DNA of 63,537 bases, filler included, from Thraustochytrium aureum (lineage: Eukaryota), in assembly GCA_012862495.1 (NCBI GenBank). It is 7 parts of 3 records of this genome, joined end to end, with 100 filler letters (N's around TTAATTAATTAA, not from the genome) between each part and the next. Parts side by side here need not be neighbours in the genome. Positions count along the whole stretch, not along the records: positions 16,202 to 43,611 come from BLSG01000240.1; 6 more parts are not named here. One strand, 5' to 3'. A program made the translations under genes and the position numbers. The notes below the pieces were generated by a model that was not told the origin of the DNA, ran no database searches, and was given only the letters and a program-made list of their open reading frames with translations. How positions within the stretch are numbered: the stretch's first letter is position 1; each line of letters opens with the position of its first letter. Shown piece after piece: positions 23,601 to 35,588 of the stretch.

Positions 23601-26600
23601 TGGGAGTGATAGTTGGAGACCAGGTTGGCGAGGAAGCGCGTCGCTTCACGGTGCACCAGCGGGTCGCTTGAAACGCGCCCTTGCTCTGAAGTGAGTGCCA
23701 GGGCAAACCGCACGCCCTCAACCCCAATGACGAGCTCGTGTGTGAGGTAGTTTTCGCAGAGGTTTGCAAGAGCCCCCAGCGCACTTTGCGAGACGCGATC
23801 ATCCCCAGCGGTGCTGAGACGGATAAGCTCCGGCAGAAGCTCAGACCTGGCGATCTCGAGCTTGACGTTCTCGTTCAAGGCCAAATTGCAAGCGCAAGCG
23901 GTCAACTCGCGCCAAATGGGCAAGTCGTGCGTGCGAGCGCCCATAGCCAGCGCCTCCAAGACGCCTTCTTCGACAATCCGCTCGCGAGACTCTGGAGCCG
24001 CAGACAGGCCTCGGAGAGTGGCGCAGGCCGCCCTCATATCTTCAATGTCTTCGGAGCAGGCGAGGGCGATGAGCGGCGGGAGGCCGCCATTCATGACGAC
24101 AGATCGTCGATTCTCCTCGTTACTGGCCAGGTTGCAAAGCGCATATCCGATCGCGCGCTGCGTTTCGAGGTCGGCGGTGTTTGAAACGCTGATGAGCGGG
24201 GCAAGCGCGTTGTTGGCGACAATGTCGTCGTGGTGCTCCTCGGCAGAAGCCAAGTTGCCGAGCGTCAGCGCGCCAAAAAGCCTGTACGTGGTGTCGGCAG
24301 AGCAGAGAAACGACACCAGCGCAGGAATGTTGATGGCCCGCGCCACCTTGGCGTGCTGGTCCCCCAGGCACCCGGAAAGCGACAGATTGCAGAGACAAGC
24401 GAGAACCTCGTGCTGCACGGCGACGTTCGGCGAGCTGGTCAGCTCGAGCAGAGGTTCTAGTGCGCCTTCGTCAACAATTGCGTTGCGGATGACCGGGTCG
24501 CACGAAAGGCCGCGAAGCGCCGCCGTGGCCCGCAGCTGCGCTTCTGGGTCGTCCAGGCCAACCAGATACACCAAGGGCTCGACGACAGACTCTTCCATCA
24601 ATAGTTGATGGGTATCAGCTGCGGCCGCAAAATTGGCGATGCCGAAACAGGCCGCGTTCCGGATTTCTGTGTCGTCGTGCTCCATGAGCTGGGTAAGAAG
24701 CGGAAGCACGCCGTTCTGGATGAGCGGCGGATGGTTTGACCTCGTGCAACTGAGGTTGCACAAGCCAAATGTTGCGTAGCGCTGGCACTCAAGATCTCCG
24801 TTGGAGAAGCCCGCGAGGTTGATCATGGACTCCAAGCCGCCCTCGCTGATGATCTTGGGCTGATTGGCCAAGTGCGTCGCTAGATTCGCGATGCCCATGG
24901 CGGCGTAGCGCTGCGTCATTACATCCGGCGACGAAAGAGCCGCAGTTAGTGGCGGCAGCGCTCCTCCAGAAGCAATCTCGCTTGACTGCGAGTACTCGGC
25001 TGAGAGGTTGGCAATCGCGCGGCAGCTTTCCCGCTGAACAGCGACTGACTTGGAGCGAAGCACAAACTTCAGGTGCTGAAGGNNNNNNNNNNNNNNNNNN
25101 NNNNNNNNNNNNNNNNNNNNNNNNNNNNNNNNNNNNNNNNNNNNNNNNNNNNNNNNNNNNNNNNNNNNNNNNNNNNNNNNNNNNNNNNNNNNNNNNNNNN
25201 NNNNNNNNNNNNNNNNNNNNNNNNNNNNNNNNNNNNNNNNNNNNNNNNNNNNNNNNNNNNNNNNGACTGGTTTTCATTCAGCTCGGCAAGGTTGGCAAGC
25301 ACGCCGCAGCTTTGGTGCGCCACCTCTGCATCGCCAGAGTGCCCAAAGGCTACAAGGGCATCGAGCGCCCCGTTTTTTCACCAGAAAGCTCTTGTTCTCC
25401 TCCGAGAGGCTGAGGTTGCGGAGCGCAGCGGCAACCTCGCGTTGAACCTCCACGTTGTCGCTGCTCGCGAGCTTGAGCAACGGAAGGAGGATGCCAAGCT
25501 CGACGAGCTGCACGCGGTTTTTGGCATTTAGAGCGAGGTGCCGAACTGCGATGACGGCGTGCAAGTGCGTGTCTGGGTCGTCGTGGAGGGCGAGGGAGAC
25601 GAGCGGCTTGACGATCCCGACACGGTCACAGAGGGCATGCGCGGCTTCGTTTTCGCAGAGACACTCGAGCGCAAAGCTCACACAGCGGAGCGTCTCCAGG
25701 TCCTTCGAGTTGGAGGCTGAAACCAGCGCTGGCAGAGCACCGCCTTCTATGAGTTCGACGTGGTTGGAGTGCTGCAGTGCAAGACTGCTCAGACCGAGGC
25801 ACCCAAAGCGCTGGCACTTGAGGTCTTTGCTTTTCACGAAGGCGAGGACCTGCGCAAGGCCCCCACATGCAACCAGGTCGCGCTGCGATTCTGTGTTGGA
25901 GGCAAAGGAGCGAGCGCACGAGCCACCTCGCAGCGCAGCTCTACGACGTCCGTTCCCGCGAGGCGCATCAGCGCAGCAAGCGATCCTTCGGCGATCAACT
26001 GGGCTTGCGTCCTGCCTTCGACCATTTCGGCGATGTTGGCGATGGATGTCACTGCGAAAATCTCGCGCTCCCTGTCGTTTGACTGCGCGAGTTGGACAAG
26101 CGCGGGGACGCAGCCGCTCTTCCCAATCGAGACCTTGTTCTCCTCGTTGAGCGTCAAGTTGACCAGGACTGCCGCAGCCTCGCGTTGGGTTTCGACATTG
26201 TCTGCCTGGCACGCAAGGATGAGCGGCTCCAAGCCCCCGTTTCGAACGATGGCAAGCCGAACGTCCGCGTTGACGGCGAGCCCGCGGAGCGCCGCCACCG
26301 CCTGGAAGCGCACGTTTTCGTCCCCCGGGAATGCAAAGGAGATGATTGGCTTGAGGCAGCCCCCTGCGACAATCGCGTCAATGTTGGCAGGGTCGCTGGC
26401 AAAGTTTCCGATCGCAAACACCGCGTGCTGCCTGCAGACAACGTCGCGCGACTTGGCGAAGCCCACCACGAGATCGAGGGTCCCATTCTCGATCAAGTAG
26501 GTTTGCACCTCGCCAGTGGAGCAAGCCAGGTTGGCTAGGCAAAGCAGAGCGTAGCGCTCCGTTTCTGCGTCAGAGGTGAGATTGGGGTCCAGACCTTTGG

Positions 26601-29514
26601 AGGCTAGAAAGACCATGGGCTCGACGACGTCCATCTTGATCAGCTTGGGCTGCAGCTTGACGTTTGTCGCCAGGTTGCCAAGCGCCATGCACGCCATTCG
26701 CTGGCAGCCTGCGTCGTCGTAGCGCAGCATTAGCACAAGAGGGTCTACCGCCCCACAGCGAAACATTTCGTTGCCGTACTCGCAATTCGCTGCGAGGTTT
26801 CCCAGACAGCGAGCAGCCTCTCTGTTCACTGCTGAAGCGCTCTCAAGGGCGAGCGCCTTGACGAGCTGAGGAATCGCACCGCGCTGGACAATCAGAGCCT
26901 GGTTTTCCACTTCCTCCGCCAGATTTGCCAGCGCGCAACAGGCTTGTCTAGCCATTTCCGCGTCGTCCTCCAGCGAACACAGCTCGACCAGTGGCTCGAG
27001 GCCCCCGTGCCGCGCGATCTCCAATTTGTTGGCGTCGGCGAAAGAAAGCGTGCAGAGCGCAGGGAGCACCTCGCAGTGAATCTCGGAGTCGTTTGTGCGA
27101 GCCAGGAAGAGGACGGGCTCGAGGCCGCCCTCGTCGGTCAGCTTTTTCCGGATCTCGGCGTTGTGCGCAATCCGCACCAGAGCAAAGGCAGCATACTGGC
27201 GAACCTCGGCGTCCGTGGAGTTTGACAAAGAGATCAGCAGGGGCAGCGCGCCGTTCTCGACGAGGGCTGGATGGTTGTCCACCGAAGACGCCAGATTCGC
27301 AACGGCGAGAACGCTGAACCGCTGAATCTCCAGCTCGAGGTCCTCGGAGCGCGCAAGGCTCATGAGAGGCTCCAACGAGCCAGCTTGCATAAGCGCAACG
27401 CGGTGATCCTCACCGGTGGAAAGATTCATGATCCCGAGCGCGCCAACGCGCTGGGACGCAGTGTCCGGGCTCAACAAGTACGAAATAAGCACTTGATGCC
27501 CCCCGCCGTCCATGACGCGGCGCTGGTTGTCGGGATGGGCGCACAGGTTGGCCACGACGCGGCCTGCCTCGCGCTGCACCTCCACGTAGGGACTCCGCAG
27601 AACTGAAATGAGAACCTCGATCGCTCCNNNNNNNNNNNNNNNNNNNNNNNNNNNNNNNNNNNNNNNNNNNNNNNNNNNNNNNNNNNNNNNNNNNNNNNNN
27701 NNNNNNNNNNNNNNNNNNNNNNNNNNNNNNNNNNNNNNNNNNNNNNNNNNNNNNNNNNNNNNNNNNNNNNNNNNNNNNNNNNNNNNNNNNNNNNNNNNNN
27801 NNNNNNNNNNNNNNNNNNNNNNNNNNNNNNNNNNNNNNNNNNNNNNNNNNATGTCCTCGGATCGCGCGAGTTGGATGAGCGGCGGTATTGCCGCGCTTTT
27901 GGCGAGCTCAAACTTTGTCTCGTCGGAGATGGAAAGGTTGCAAATTGCGGCGACCACTTCGCGCAAGACCACCACGTCGCGCGACTTCATGAGCAGAACG
28001 AGCGGTTCCAGCCCGGCCTCTTGCACGATCTTGAACTTGTTTGTGTCGTTCACAGAGAGGCCGCGGATAGCAGCAGCAGCTTGATGGTGAACGTCCGGAT
28101 CCCTGCTGTACAAGAGCGTGATCAGGGGCTGCAAACCGCCCATCTCGACCATCACGACGTGATTGCGCCTGTTTGAGGCAAAGTTCGCCAGCGCGTAGGC
28201 GACATAGTACTGCGACATGACGTCGGCTGCATTCGAGAGCGAGTAAAGGGCTTGCAGGCAGTTCTCCTCAAGCAAGGCCGGGTGGTTGCCAACTGTTGCT
28301 GCCAGGTTGGCGATGCAGAGCACACTGTAGCGGCGAGCCTCGATCTCTCGCTCGGCGTTTCCCGCAAGCTCGATTAGCGGCGCGACGGCGCCTTCTTGAA
28401 CGATGCGGACCTGGTACGCCACGTTCGTGGCGAGGTTTGCGAGCCCCAAGGATGCGAATCGCTGGCAAGTGATATCTTGCGCGTTGAGAGCGTCGATGAG
28501 CGGCCGCAATGCGCCCTCGCGCATCAAGTGCGTCTGGATGTCCCGGTTCGCGGCGAGGTTAGCGAGCGCCCTGCAAGCCTCCCCCTTGGTGCTCATGTCT
28601 TCGCTCACACTCAGAGCAATGAGCGGCGCCAGCCCGGACTCTGCCAGCAGCGTGTCGTGAAGCTCGACCATCTCCATCAAATTTGCAATCGTGCAGACCG
28701 CCTGGCGTTCAACCTCCACATCCCCCGCCAGGGCAAGCGAAATGATAGTTGAAATTGCTCGGTCCGCGATTTCGGATTTGTTTTCCTCCAAAGAGGACAG
28801 CGAGTTGAGCGCAGCGCCAACTTCGCGCTGGATCGCGACGTCGTCCGCGCGGGCCATGAGAACGAGCGGGTCGAGAACCCCCTCCCGCACAATGAGGCTG
28901 CGGTGGCCAGGCGTGATTGCGATTGCTCGGAGCGCTGCCAAAGATTGACGTTGCGCATTAGGATCGTCGCTGCATGCTAGCTCGACGAGGGGGGCGATCC
29001 CGCCTTCCTCAACGATCTGGGCGCGGTACTGCTCGTTCGACGCGATGTTGCTCAGCGAAAAAGCTGCATACCTGCCGCTCTGCACATCCTCGGATCTCAG
29101 GAGCATGATGAGCGCGTCGATCGCGTTCAGTTTAACGATTTCCTCCAGGTTGACCGGGTTGGCTGCCAGGTTGCCAAGACAAAGGGCCGCGTACTGGCGC
29201 CCGATCGTGTCTCCTTCCTCGTTTGCAATATAGTTGATGACGCTCCGCGCGACGCCCTCTTGGATCATAGGCACTCTATTCTCAGCAGTAGACGCCATGT
29301 TGCCAAGCGCCAGGGCGCTAAACCGCTGGGTCTCCAGGTCTGCCGAGCGGTCGAGCAGCTGCGTGAGCGACTTGCACGCGCCTTTCAGGACCATCTTAAT
29401 ATGAAGCTCCGGGTTCGTCGAGAGCTCAGCAAGTCCAAAGCTCACTTCGCGTTGCTCGCGCGGGCGCCGCACGCGGCGCCCGCGCGCGATGAGCGTCTCC
29501 AGCACCTTGGCCAT
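17610..29514 (-). CDS. Giant armadillo-repeat protein (Vac8-like, ~3,900 aa), split in the assembly by two gaps and about five frameshifts
   Basis: Continuous ~41-aa ARM repeats (QRYAALALxNL..N..IVxxGGLxPLIxL) across ORFs 25834..29595, 25274..26212, 23093..25063, 22831..23286, 22604..23071 and 17610..22886. Start MAKVLETLIARGRRVRRPREQREV at 29514; gaps 25083-25264 and 27628-27850. Confidence 0.9.
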
Positions 29515-30637
29515 GGTGCCTTCGGAGACCGAAGTGCCTGGCCGCGGTCTCGCCTGCCTTTCGCCGGCGCGCCCCCGGGGCGATACCGCTCTCACCGGTC
29601 TCTAGCTCCCTCCCAGTGCCACGCCACGCGCCGCCGCTCGCCCGCCGCCCGCCGCGCAACGCCTTCGCAACGCCTTCGCTCTCGGCTCTGCGCGCTGCTC
29701 CTGCTCCTGCTGCTCTCTGTCCGCCCGAAACGTTCACCTTGGCTCAACTGTCCTGCGAGCGGCAGAGCATCGCCCGAGCCAGCCGCCGACTCGAACGAGG
29801 GCGCCAGGCGGCCGCGGGGGTGGCGCCCTCGACTCGACTCGGCCTGCTGTGCTGCTGGAAGGCTCCTGGCGGGCCTGGCACCGGGCGCTGGCTGGAGGCG
29901 TTCAACGGTACTAACGGACACTAGGTGCATGTGTCCGTTGGAGTCTACGGTTTTGGCAGGCTTCGCGACCAGCCGCCAACCTGCCTGCCTTTGGCGCCGA
30001 TGCCTCGTGCCACTGATGGCTGGCCCTCGCAGCTATGCAAGGCCTGCAGGTATTTCTGCCGATAACGCGCCCGCTTTCCCGCCCTGAGAGGCCTGTCTTG
30101 GGCGGGCGCAAGACAGGCCGGGGCGGGGACAGGAGAGCGAGTGAATCTCTCGTCGGATGACTTCGCCTTTTGGCTGACCTTTGTAAACAGCCGTGAGCCA
30201 GGCGGAATGCGGGGCAAAAGCGGCGACGCTCTTTCACTCTGCACAGGAGACAGTCACAGTAAGCGACGGCAGTAGGCGTTGCGCAGACGTGGCTGGGCAG
30301 TAGCATCTTGAGTGTACTTTCTTGCTGCCCGACAACGCACCCAACGCTTGCCATTCAACAGCGCGAGCAAAGTGCAGTGCACAAGCAGACCACTGGTGCC
30401 GCTGCTGCATTGCATGCTAGGCGCGCGGGCCGGGTGCGGACGCTGCAGTGGGCGCGAAGAGGCCGAGGGCGGCGGCGGCTCACTGGTCTGCAACAAAAGG
30501 CCCTGACGGAGCTGGCCAGCGGCAAGCGCTGTTGTTGAGGCGATCCGGGGATTCTGACGCGGGTCCGGAAGCGCTTGCAAGCAAAAGCCGACCCGGCGCT
30601 CGCCCGGCGAAGAGCGGACGGCGACGGGGAGGCAGCA

Positions 30638-32434
30638 ATGGGCGATGGAGCTGCAACAATAGAAAACGCCACCTTGACGGCGGCCGAGTGCCTTGAGGCT
30701 GCGCTTGTGCAGAGCGAATCAGGCGAAGTGCTGAGCGGGCTTTGGTACGTCGGCGTGATCATGAGCATCTTCTCTAGTATTGCTTCCAACCTCGGCGTCA
30801 ACGTGCAAAAGCTCTCGATGATGCACGAGATGAAACTCTGCCAAGCAGACCCAAACTACACGGAGAGGCCATACATCTTTCAGAGAACGTAAGTTGCAGC
30901 GGTCGAGGCTTTGCTTCGATTGCACCGTAAGGCATGTCGCTGACCTCGCGGGGCGCGGGTGGCTAGATGGCTGGTCGGCCTCCTGTTGGTGATCGGCGGG
31001 AGTGTGGGGGACTTTGCTGCTCTTGGGTTTGCGGCGCAGACCCTCGCGACGCCGGTCGGGGGGTTTACCATGGTCGCCAACCTGTTCTTTGCCCACTTCT
31101 TCTTGAAAGAGCACCTTGGGCGCCGCGACCTGGTGGCCACCGGCCTTGTAGTGATCGGCGTGGTAGCTGTTGCAGCTAGCGCCGACAAGGCCGACAAGAC
31201 CTACACGCTGGCGTGCCTGCTCACGCTCTACCAGCGGACGATATTTATTGTCTACGTTCTGGGCATTCTCTTGATCTCGTAAGTTGGCATGCCGGGCGCA
31301 GCGGCCGGGGCTGCAAGACGCTGACAGTCTGCTGTGCGCGCTGCGGCCTACCTCAGCGGGGTGCTCTTCGCGGCAACACGCTACCTGGACAAGCTCCGCA
31401 TCGAGGATCCAAAGGGGGAAAAATACATCAAGTACCGCAAGCTGCACCCCATTTTCCCCGCGGCGCTCTCCGGCCTTATTGGGGCGCAGTCGGTCTTGTT
31501 CGCCAAGTGCTCTGCGGAGCTCATCAAGACCACGTTCGCCGGGGACAGCCAGTTCAAGCGCTGGGAGACGTACCTGATCATCTTCTGCATGTTCCTCACC
31601 ATTTTCAATCAGCTCCATTGGCTCGCCGCGGGACTCAAGTACTTTGACGCAATTCTCATCATCCCCGTGTTCCAGTGCTTTTTCATCACTGGGGGTGTGG
31701 TCGGAGGCGGCGTCTTTTTTGACGAGTTTTCCAACCTCAAGCTCTGGGAGCGGTGCACGTTCGCTGCTGGCGTGCTCACGACAGTGTTTGGCGTGTACCT
31801 TCTCTCACAGCGCGAGCACGAGCACCCAGAGATGGCCAAGGTGACGCCCGAGATCAATCAAGACGGGAGCCCGATCATCGCGGGCGGGGCCGGGCCGTCA
31901 TCTTCCAAGGAGCTGCACGCGGCTTCGTTTTCTATTGGCGCGGAGCGCCCACCCACGCCGATGCCACTGTCTCTGCAGTACCACTCGCTCGCGATGAGTG
32001 ACCTGTACACGGCGTTGCGAGACAGCCTCAGTACGCCGGAGAGGAACCCTCGCCGGCTTGCTTCCGCGGATAACATGAGGACTCTACCGCATGTCGAGGA
32101 GGTCGTACTGCCGAGCCATGGCGTGCTGTACAAGCGCCATTCTGACTCGGTGCTTCAGAGCCGGTCGGTTGCCAAGTCGGCGCAGGAGTCTGCTGCGAGT
32201 CGGCAGCAGCCAGCTGTTGCGAAAGCTTCGGACGACGACGTGCTCCCCGTTGGCCCGAGCTTGAACCTCGAAACGCCTGACGCGGCTTTGGTGTCCAGAA
32301 ACTCTGCTCCAGCGAGCCAGGTCAAGGGCTCTCAGGACACCAGCGATGAAGAGCAGGACCCAATCCGCCGGAGTAAGCGGTCGAGGAAGACAGGCGGTGA
32401 GGTCTCCAAACCGGATGTCAAGCAAGCTTGGTAG
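30638..32434 (+). CDS. NIPA-family (DUF803) magnesium transporter; exons 30638-30888, 30967-31278, 31357-32434
   Basis: SSIASNLGVNVQKLS, WLVGLLLVIGGSVGDFAALGFAAQTLATPVGGFTMVAN, GAQSVLFAK and QLHWLAAGLKYFDAILIIPVFQ..GGGVFFDEF. Removing two GT-AG introns gives one continuous frame. Confidence 0.92.
30889..30966 (+). other. Spliceosomal intron 1 of the NIPA gene (78 nt)
   Basis: GTAAGT donor, CTGAC branch site, CTAG acceptor; the join reads QRT|WLVG in frame. Confidence 0.88.
31279..31356 (+). other. Spliceosomal intron 2 of the NIPA gene (78 nt)
   Basis: GTAAGT donor, CTGAC branch site, TCAG acceptor; the join reads LIS|GVLF in frame. Confidence 0.88.
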
Positions 32435-33100
32435 TCTTCCAAAAGCCCCGCCGACGCCTTCGTCGCGGTGGCGCTGCAAGAATGGCGAGGGCTTTCGTGG
32501 CAACATGAGCCATTGCCGACCGGAACGGCCTCTCTGCGTCCTCTACTCACCGCGCGAGTGCGCGTTGACCGGTTTCAACCCGATTTTGACTTGATTCCCA
32601 TGAATGTTTTCCACGATGATGCCGGCCAGGGCCCTGCGATCGCTGCGTTCATGTAGCGCAGTCCGCCCCATCCTTGTACTCCGTCTGCCACCGGGGTTCC
32701 GAGACCTCGCAAAAATCAAAATCGCGCAACGAGTTCTCCACTNNNNNNNNNNNNNNNNNNNNNNNNNNNNNNNNNNNNNNNNNNNNNNNNNNNNNNNNNN
32801 NNNNNNNNNNNNNNNNNNNNNNNNNNNNNNNNNNNNNNNNNNNNNNNNNNNNNNNNNNNNNNNNNNNNNNNNNNNNNNNNNNNNNNNNNNNNNNNNNNNN
32901 NNNNNNNNNNNNNNNNNNNNNNNNNNNNNNNNNNNNNNNNNNNNNNNNNNNNNNNNNNNNNNNNNNNNNNNNNNNNNNNNNNNNNNNNNNNNNNNNNNNN
33001 NNNNNNNNNNNNNNNNNNNNNNNNNNNNNNNNNNNNNNNNNNNNNNNNNNNNNNNNNNNNNNNNNNNNNNNNNNNNNNNNNNNNNNNNNNNNNNNNNNNA

Positions 33101-33913
33101 AAGGACGAAGATGAGAGCTCGGCGCGAGCCTCAGAGCTGCTGTTTGGGCAGCGCAGCGAGGAGCTCGTGCGCGACTTGCAGACGAGCGTGAACTTGCTCA
33201 ACCTTGCATTGACGACGGCGACGCTGATGCTCGGCCGCTGGGACCCTGCGAGACCGGTCGAGCGCTCCAAGGAGAGCATTCAGCTTGCCACGCACATGCG
33301 CGCGAGGTTCCTGGCGAGCTCCAGCAGGCAGCTCGTCGTCGCTTCTGGCGAGCTGTTTGAGTGGCTGCCAAGCTCCGTGCAGCGGCGTCCGGGCAAACGA
33401 GCGCACGATCTGCGCAGTCTTGGCTCGTGCAGGGTCGAGATCGTTCGCTGCAATGAGGCTGACGAAACGTTTCAGCTCGACCTTGTCGTCGACGCAGACG
33501 AGGCAGAATCTGCTCCTGGAAGCGACTCGGGGAGCAGCAGCGGGGAAACCCACACTTTGGCACTCAATGACCAGTTCCGCGCCAGGCGATTCAAGAAGGG
33601 GGACATCGACAACGGGGTGCTTGTCGGCGGGGAGGTGCTCGATTCCGACGTCGAGTTTCACCAGGTCGCCTACGAGCTCGCTGGCTCGCAACCAGCAGCC
33701 GAAGGCGACGCGGGCGAGGGCTCTGCGGCGCAGCGCAGAAAGCTGTACTTGGTTTTCAGCGCAGTCCCCGGCATTTCGTGCCAGACGTTTGAGGAGCTCT
33801 TGAGCGAGTTTAGGCCCGAGAGCTCTGCCGGTGCAAGTCTCCTCGAGACGCCAGAAGACGACGTTTCAAACCTTACGCGGCTGCTCGAGCAGCAAGCCTT
33901 GCAGACGCCTTAG
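33101..33913 (+). CDS. Hypothetical protein, C-terminal part (weak resemblance to the Yrb30-type Ran-binding domain); 5' end in gap
   Basis: Open frame of about 270 codons with coding-like composition. LVRDLQTSVNLLNLALTT resembles, from recollection only, the LNLAITT motif of Yrb30-like proteins. Confidence 0.5.
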   Translation, partial: KDEDESSARASELLFGQRSEELVRDLQTSVNLLNLALTTATLMLGRWDPARPVERSKESIQLATHMRARFLASSSRQLVVASGELFEWLPSSVQRRPGKRAHDLRSLGSCRVEIVRCNEADETFQLDLVVDADEAESAPGSDSGSSSGETHTLALNDQFRARRFKKGDIDNGVLVGGEVLDSDVEFHQVAYELAGSQPAAEGDAGEGSAAQRRKLYLVFSAVPGISCQTFEELLSEFRPESSAGASLLETPEDDVSNLTRLLEQQALQTP

Positions 33914-34027
33914 CGCAGCCGCGACGCGCTCCTCGAGGGTCCAACGTGGGTCGTGCGTTGAGCGAGAACCGTTTTGAAAAAAAGATGTCGTGCTGCTTGC
34001 TTGCATTCAAGTACTCTACTTGGCTGG

Positions 34028-35237
34028 CTAGTCCAGAAGCACCTTTTGGAACGCGGACCGCGACACGGAGAGGTTTTGCGTGATCACAGAAATGTAGTCG
34101 TTTGGCGACTGTTGCAGCTGCGCGTCGCTTCGTTTCAGCAGGACCCGCTCAACGGCAAGAATGTCTTTTTTACGCTCAGTGAGCCGCCCAAGCTTGTCGC
34201 AGACACGGTTAAGCGCTTCGAGCTTGCTGATGCATTCTGACTCGAGGTCCTGCACCGAAGCGCCGACCATAGTCGACGTGAGAATCGCAGAGACGCTCGC
34301 CTCGAGGTCCTGCCATTGCATATGTCCTGGTCAGTATCGGCGCCGCATGCAAGCCCTCGCTGAGCTCAAACATCCAAAACCCGACTCAAGAACAACGTAC
34401 CGCGTATGCTTTGACAAGCTCTTTCGAGGACTGCGTCAAGCTGTAAATGTTCGGGTCGCTCTTGGTTTCTTTCACCCCGGAGCGCCCGGCCGTCCTCGAC
34501 TCGCTCTCCGAGGCGCCCGGACCGGCGCCCGACGAGGAGCTCTCCTGCAGTTCAGTCGCTGCCGCTTCCTGCTGCTCTTCTGCCTCTTGTTCTGGTTGCT
34601 TAGGAGGCTGCATTGGCACAAGGCGGCTTCCCTTCCCTGGCAGGTGCATCGGCGGCGCGTGTTTCGTCGCCACGGACGTCTCCAGCTGATCCCCGGGATT
34701 CTCCTCTTCCTCTTCCTCCTCCTCCTCGGCTGCTTCTTCTTCCTCCTCTTCTTCAGCTCCCATGCTAAGGTCGCCTTCNNNNNNNNNNNNNNNNNNNNNN
34801 NNNNNNNNNNNNNNNNNNNNNNNNNNNNNNNNNNNNNNNNNNNNNNNNNNNNNNNNNNNNNNNNNNNNNNNNNNNNNNNNNNNNNNNNNNNNNNNNNNNN
34901 NNNNNNNNNNNNNNNNNNNNNNNNNNNNNNNNNNNNNNNNNNNNNNNNNNNNNNNNNNNNNNNNNNNNNNNNNNNNNNNNNNNNNNNNNNNNNNNNNNNN
35001 NNNNNNNNNNNNNNNNNNNNNNNNNNNNNNNNNNNNNNNNNNNNNNNNNNNNNNNNNNNNNNNNNNNNNNCCCGCCTCTGCGAGCGCGCGCCGCGCGTCG
35101 CCCTGCGCTCCCGCCGGCTCGCCCAGCCGCGCGCTCTCCTCCGCAGGCCGACCCGCTGCCGTCGCTCTCGCGGCCCTCCCGCGCCCGCCGTCAAACGAGG
35201 TCTGCCAGCGGCATCTCGTCCAACTCACCTCGGCCAT
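34028..35237 (-). CDS. Hypothetical acidic/coiled-coil protein with probable intron 34310-34400; gap 34779-35070; start uncertain
   Basis: Glu-rich exon 34401-34778. GTACGT donor at 34400, CTGAC branch site and CAG acceptor at 34310 join KAYA|DLEASVS in frame to a helical C-terminal exon. Candidate ATG GCC GAG|GTGAGT at 35237. Confidence 0.55.
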
Positions 35238-35588
35238 CTCGTCTCGTCCATCTCGCTGGGAGCTCGCACGAGTTGGCAGTCCCACGACCCGTTGTGGCCG
35301 CTGCCGTTGTCGCCGCCGCCGCCGCCGCCACTGCTGCTGCAGGCGCTGCAGGCGCTGCTGCGTTGCGCGCTGCGTCGCTGGGATCCGGCCTTGCGCGGGG
35401 CGGATTCGAGCGGGAGGGAGGGATTCTGGCCAGCTCGAGATCGCCATTGGACTCGCGCGCTCTCGCTCGCCCCCGCCTGGGAGACCTTGTCGCGGTGCGC
35501 GCGCTGCGGCGCCAGTGCTGCGAGACGCCGGCGCCTGCTGCACTTCTGTCGCGACTCTGCTGGTTCTGTCGCGGCGTGCGGGGGGGAG

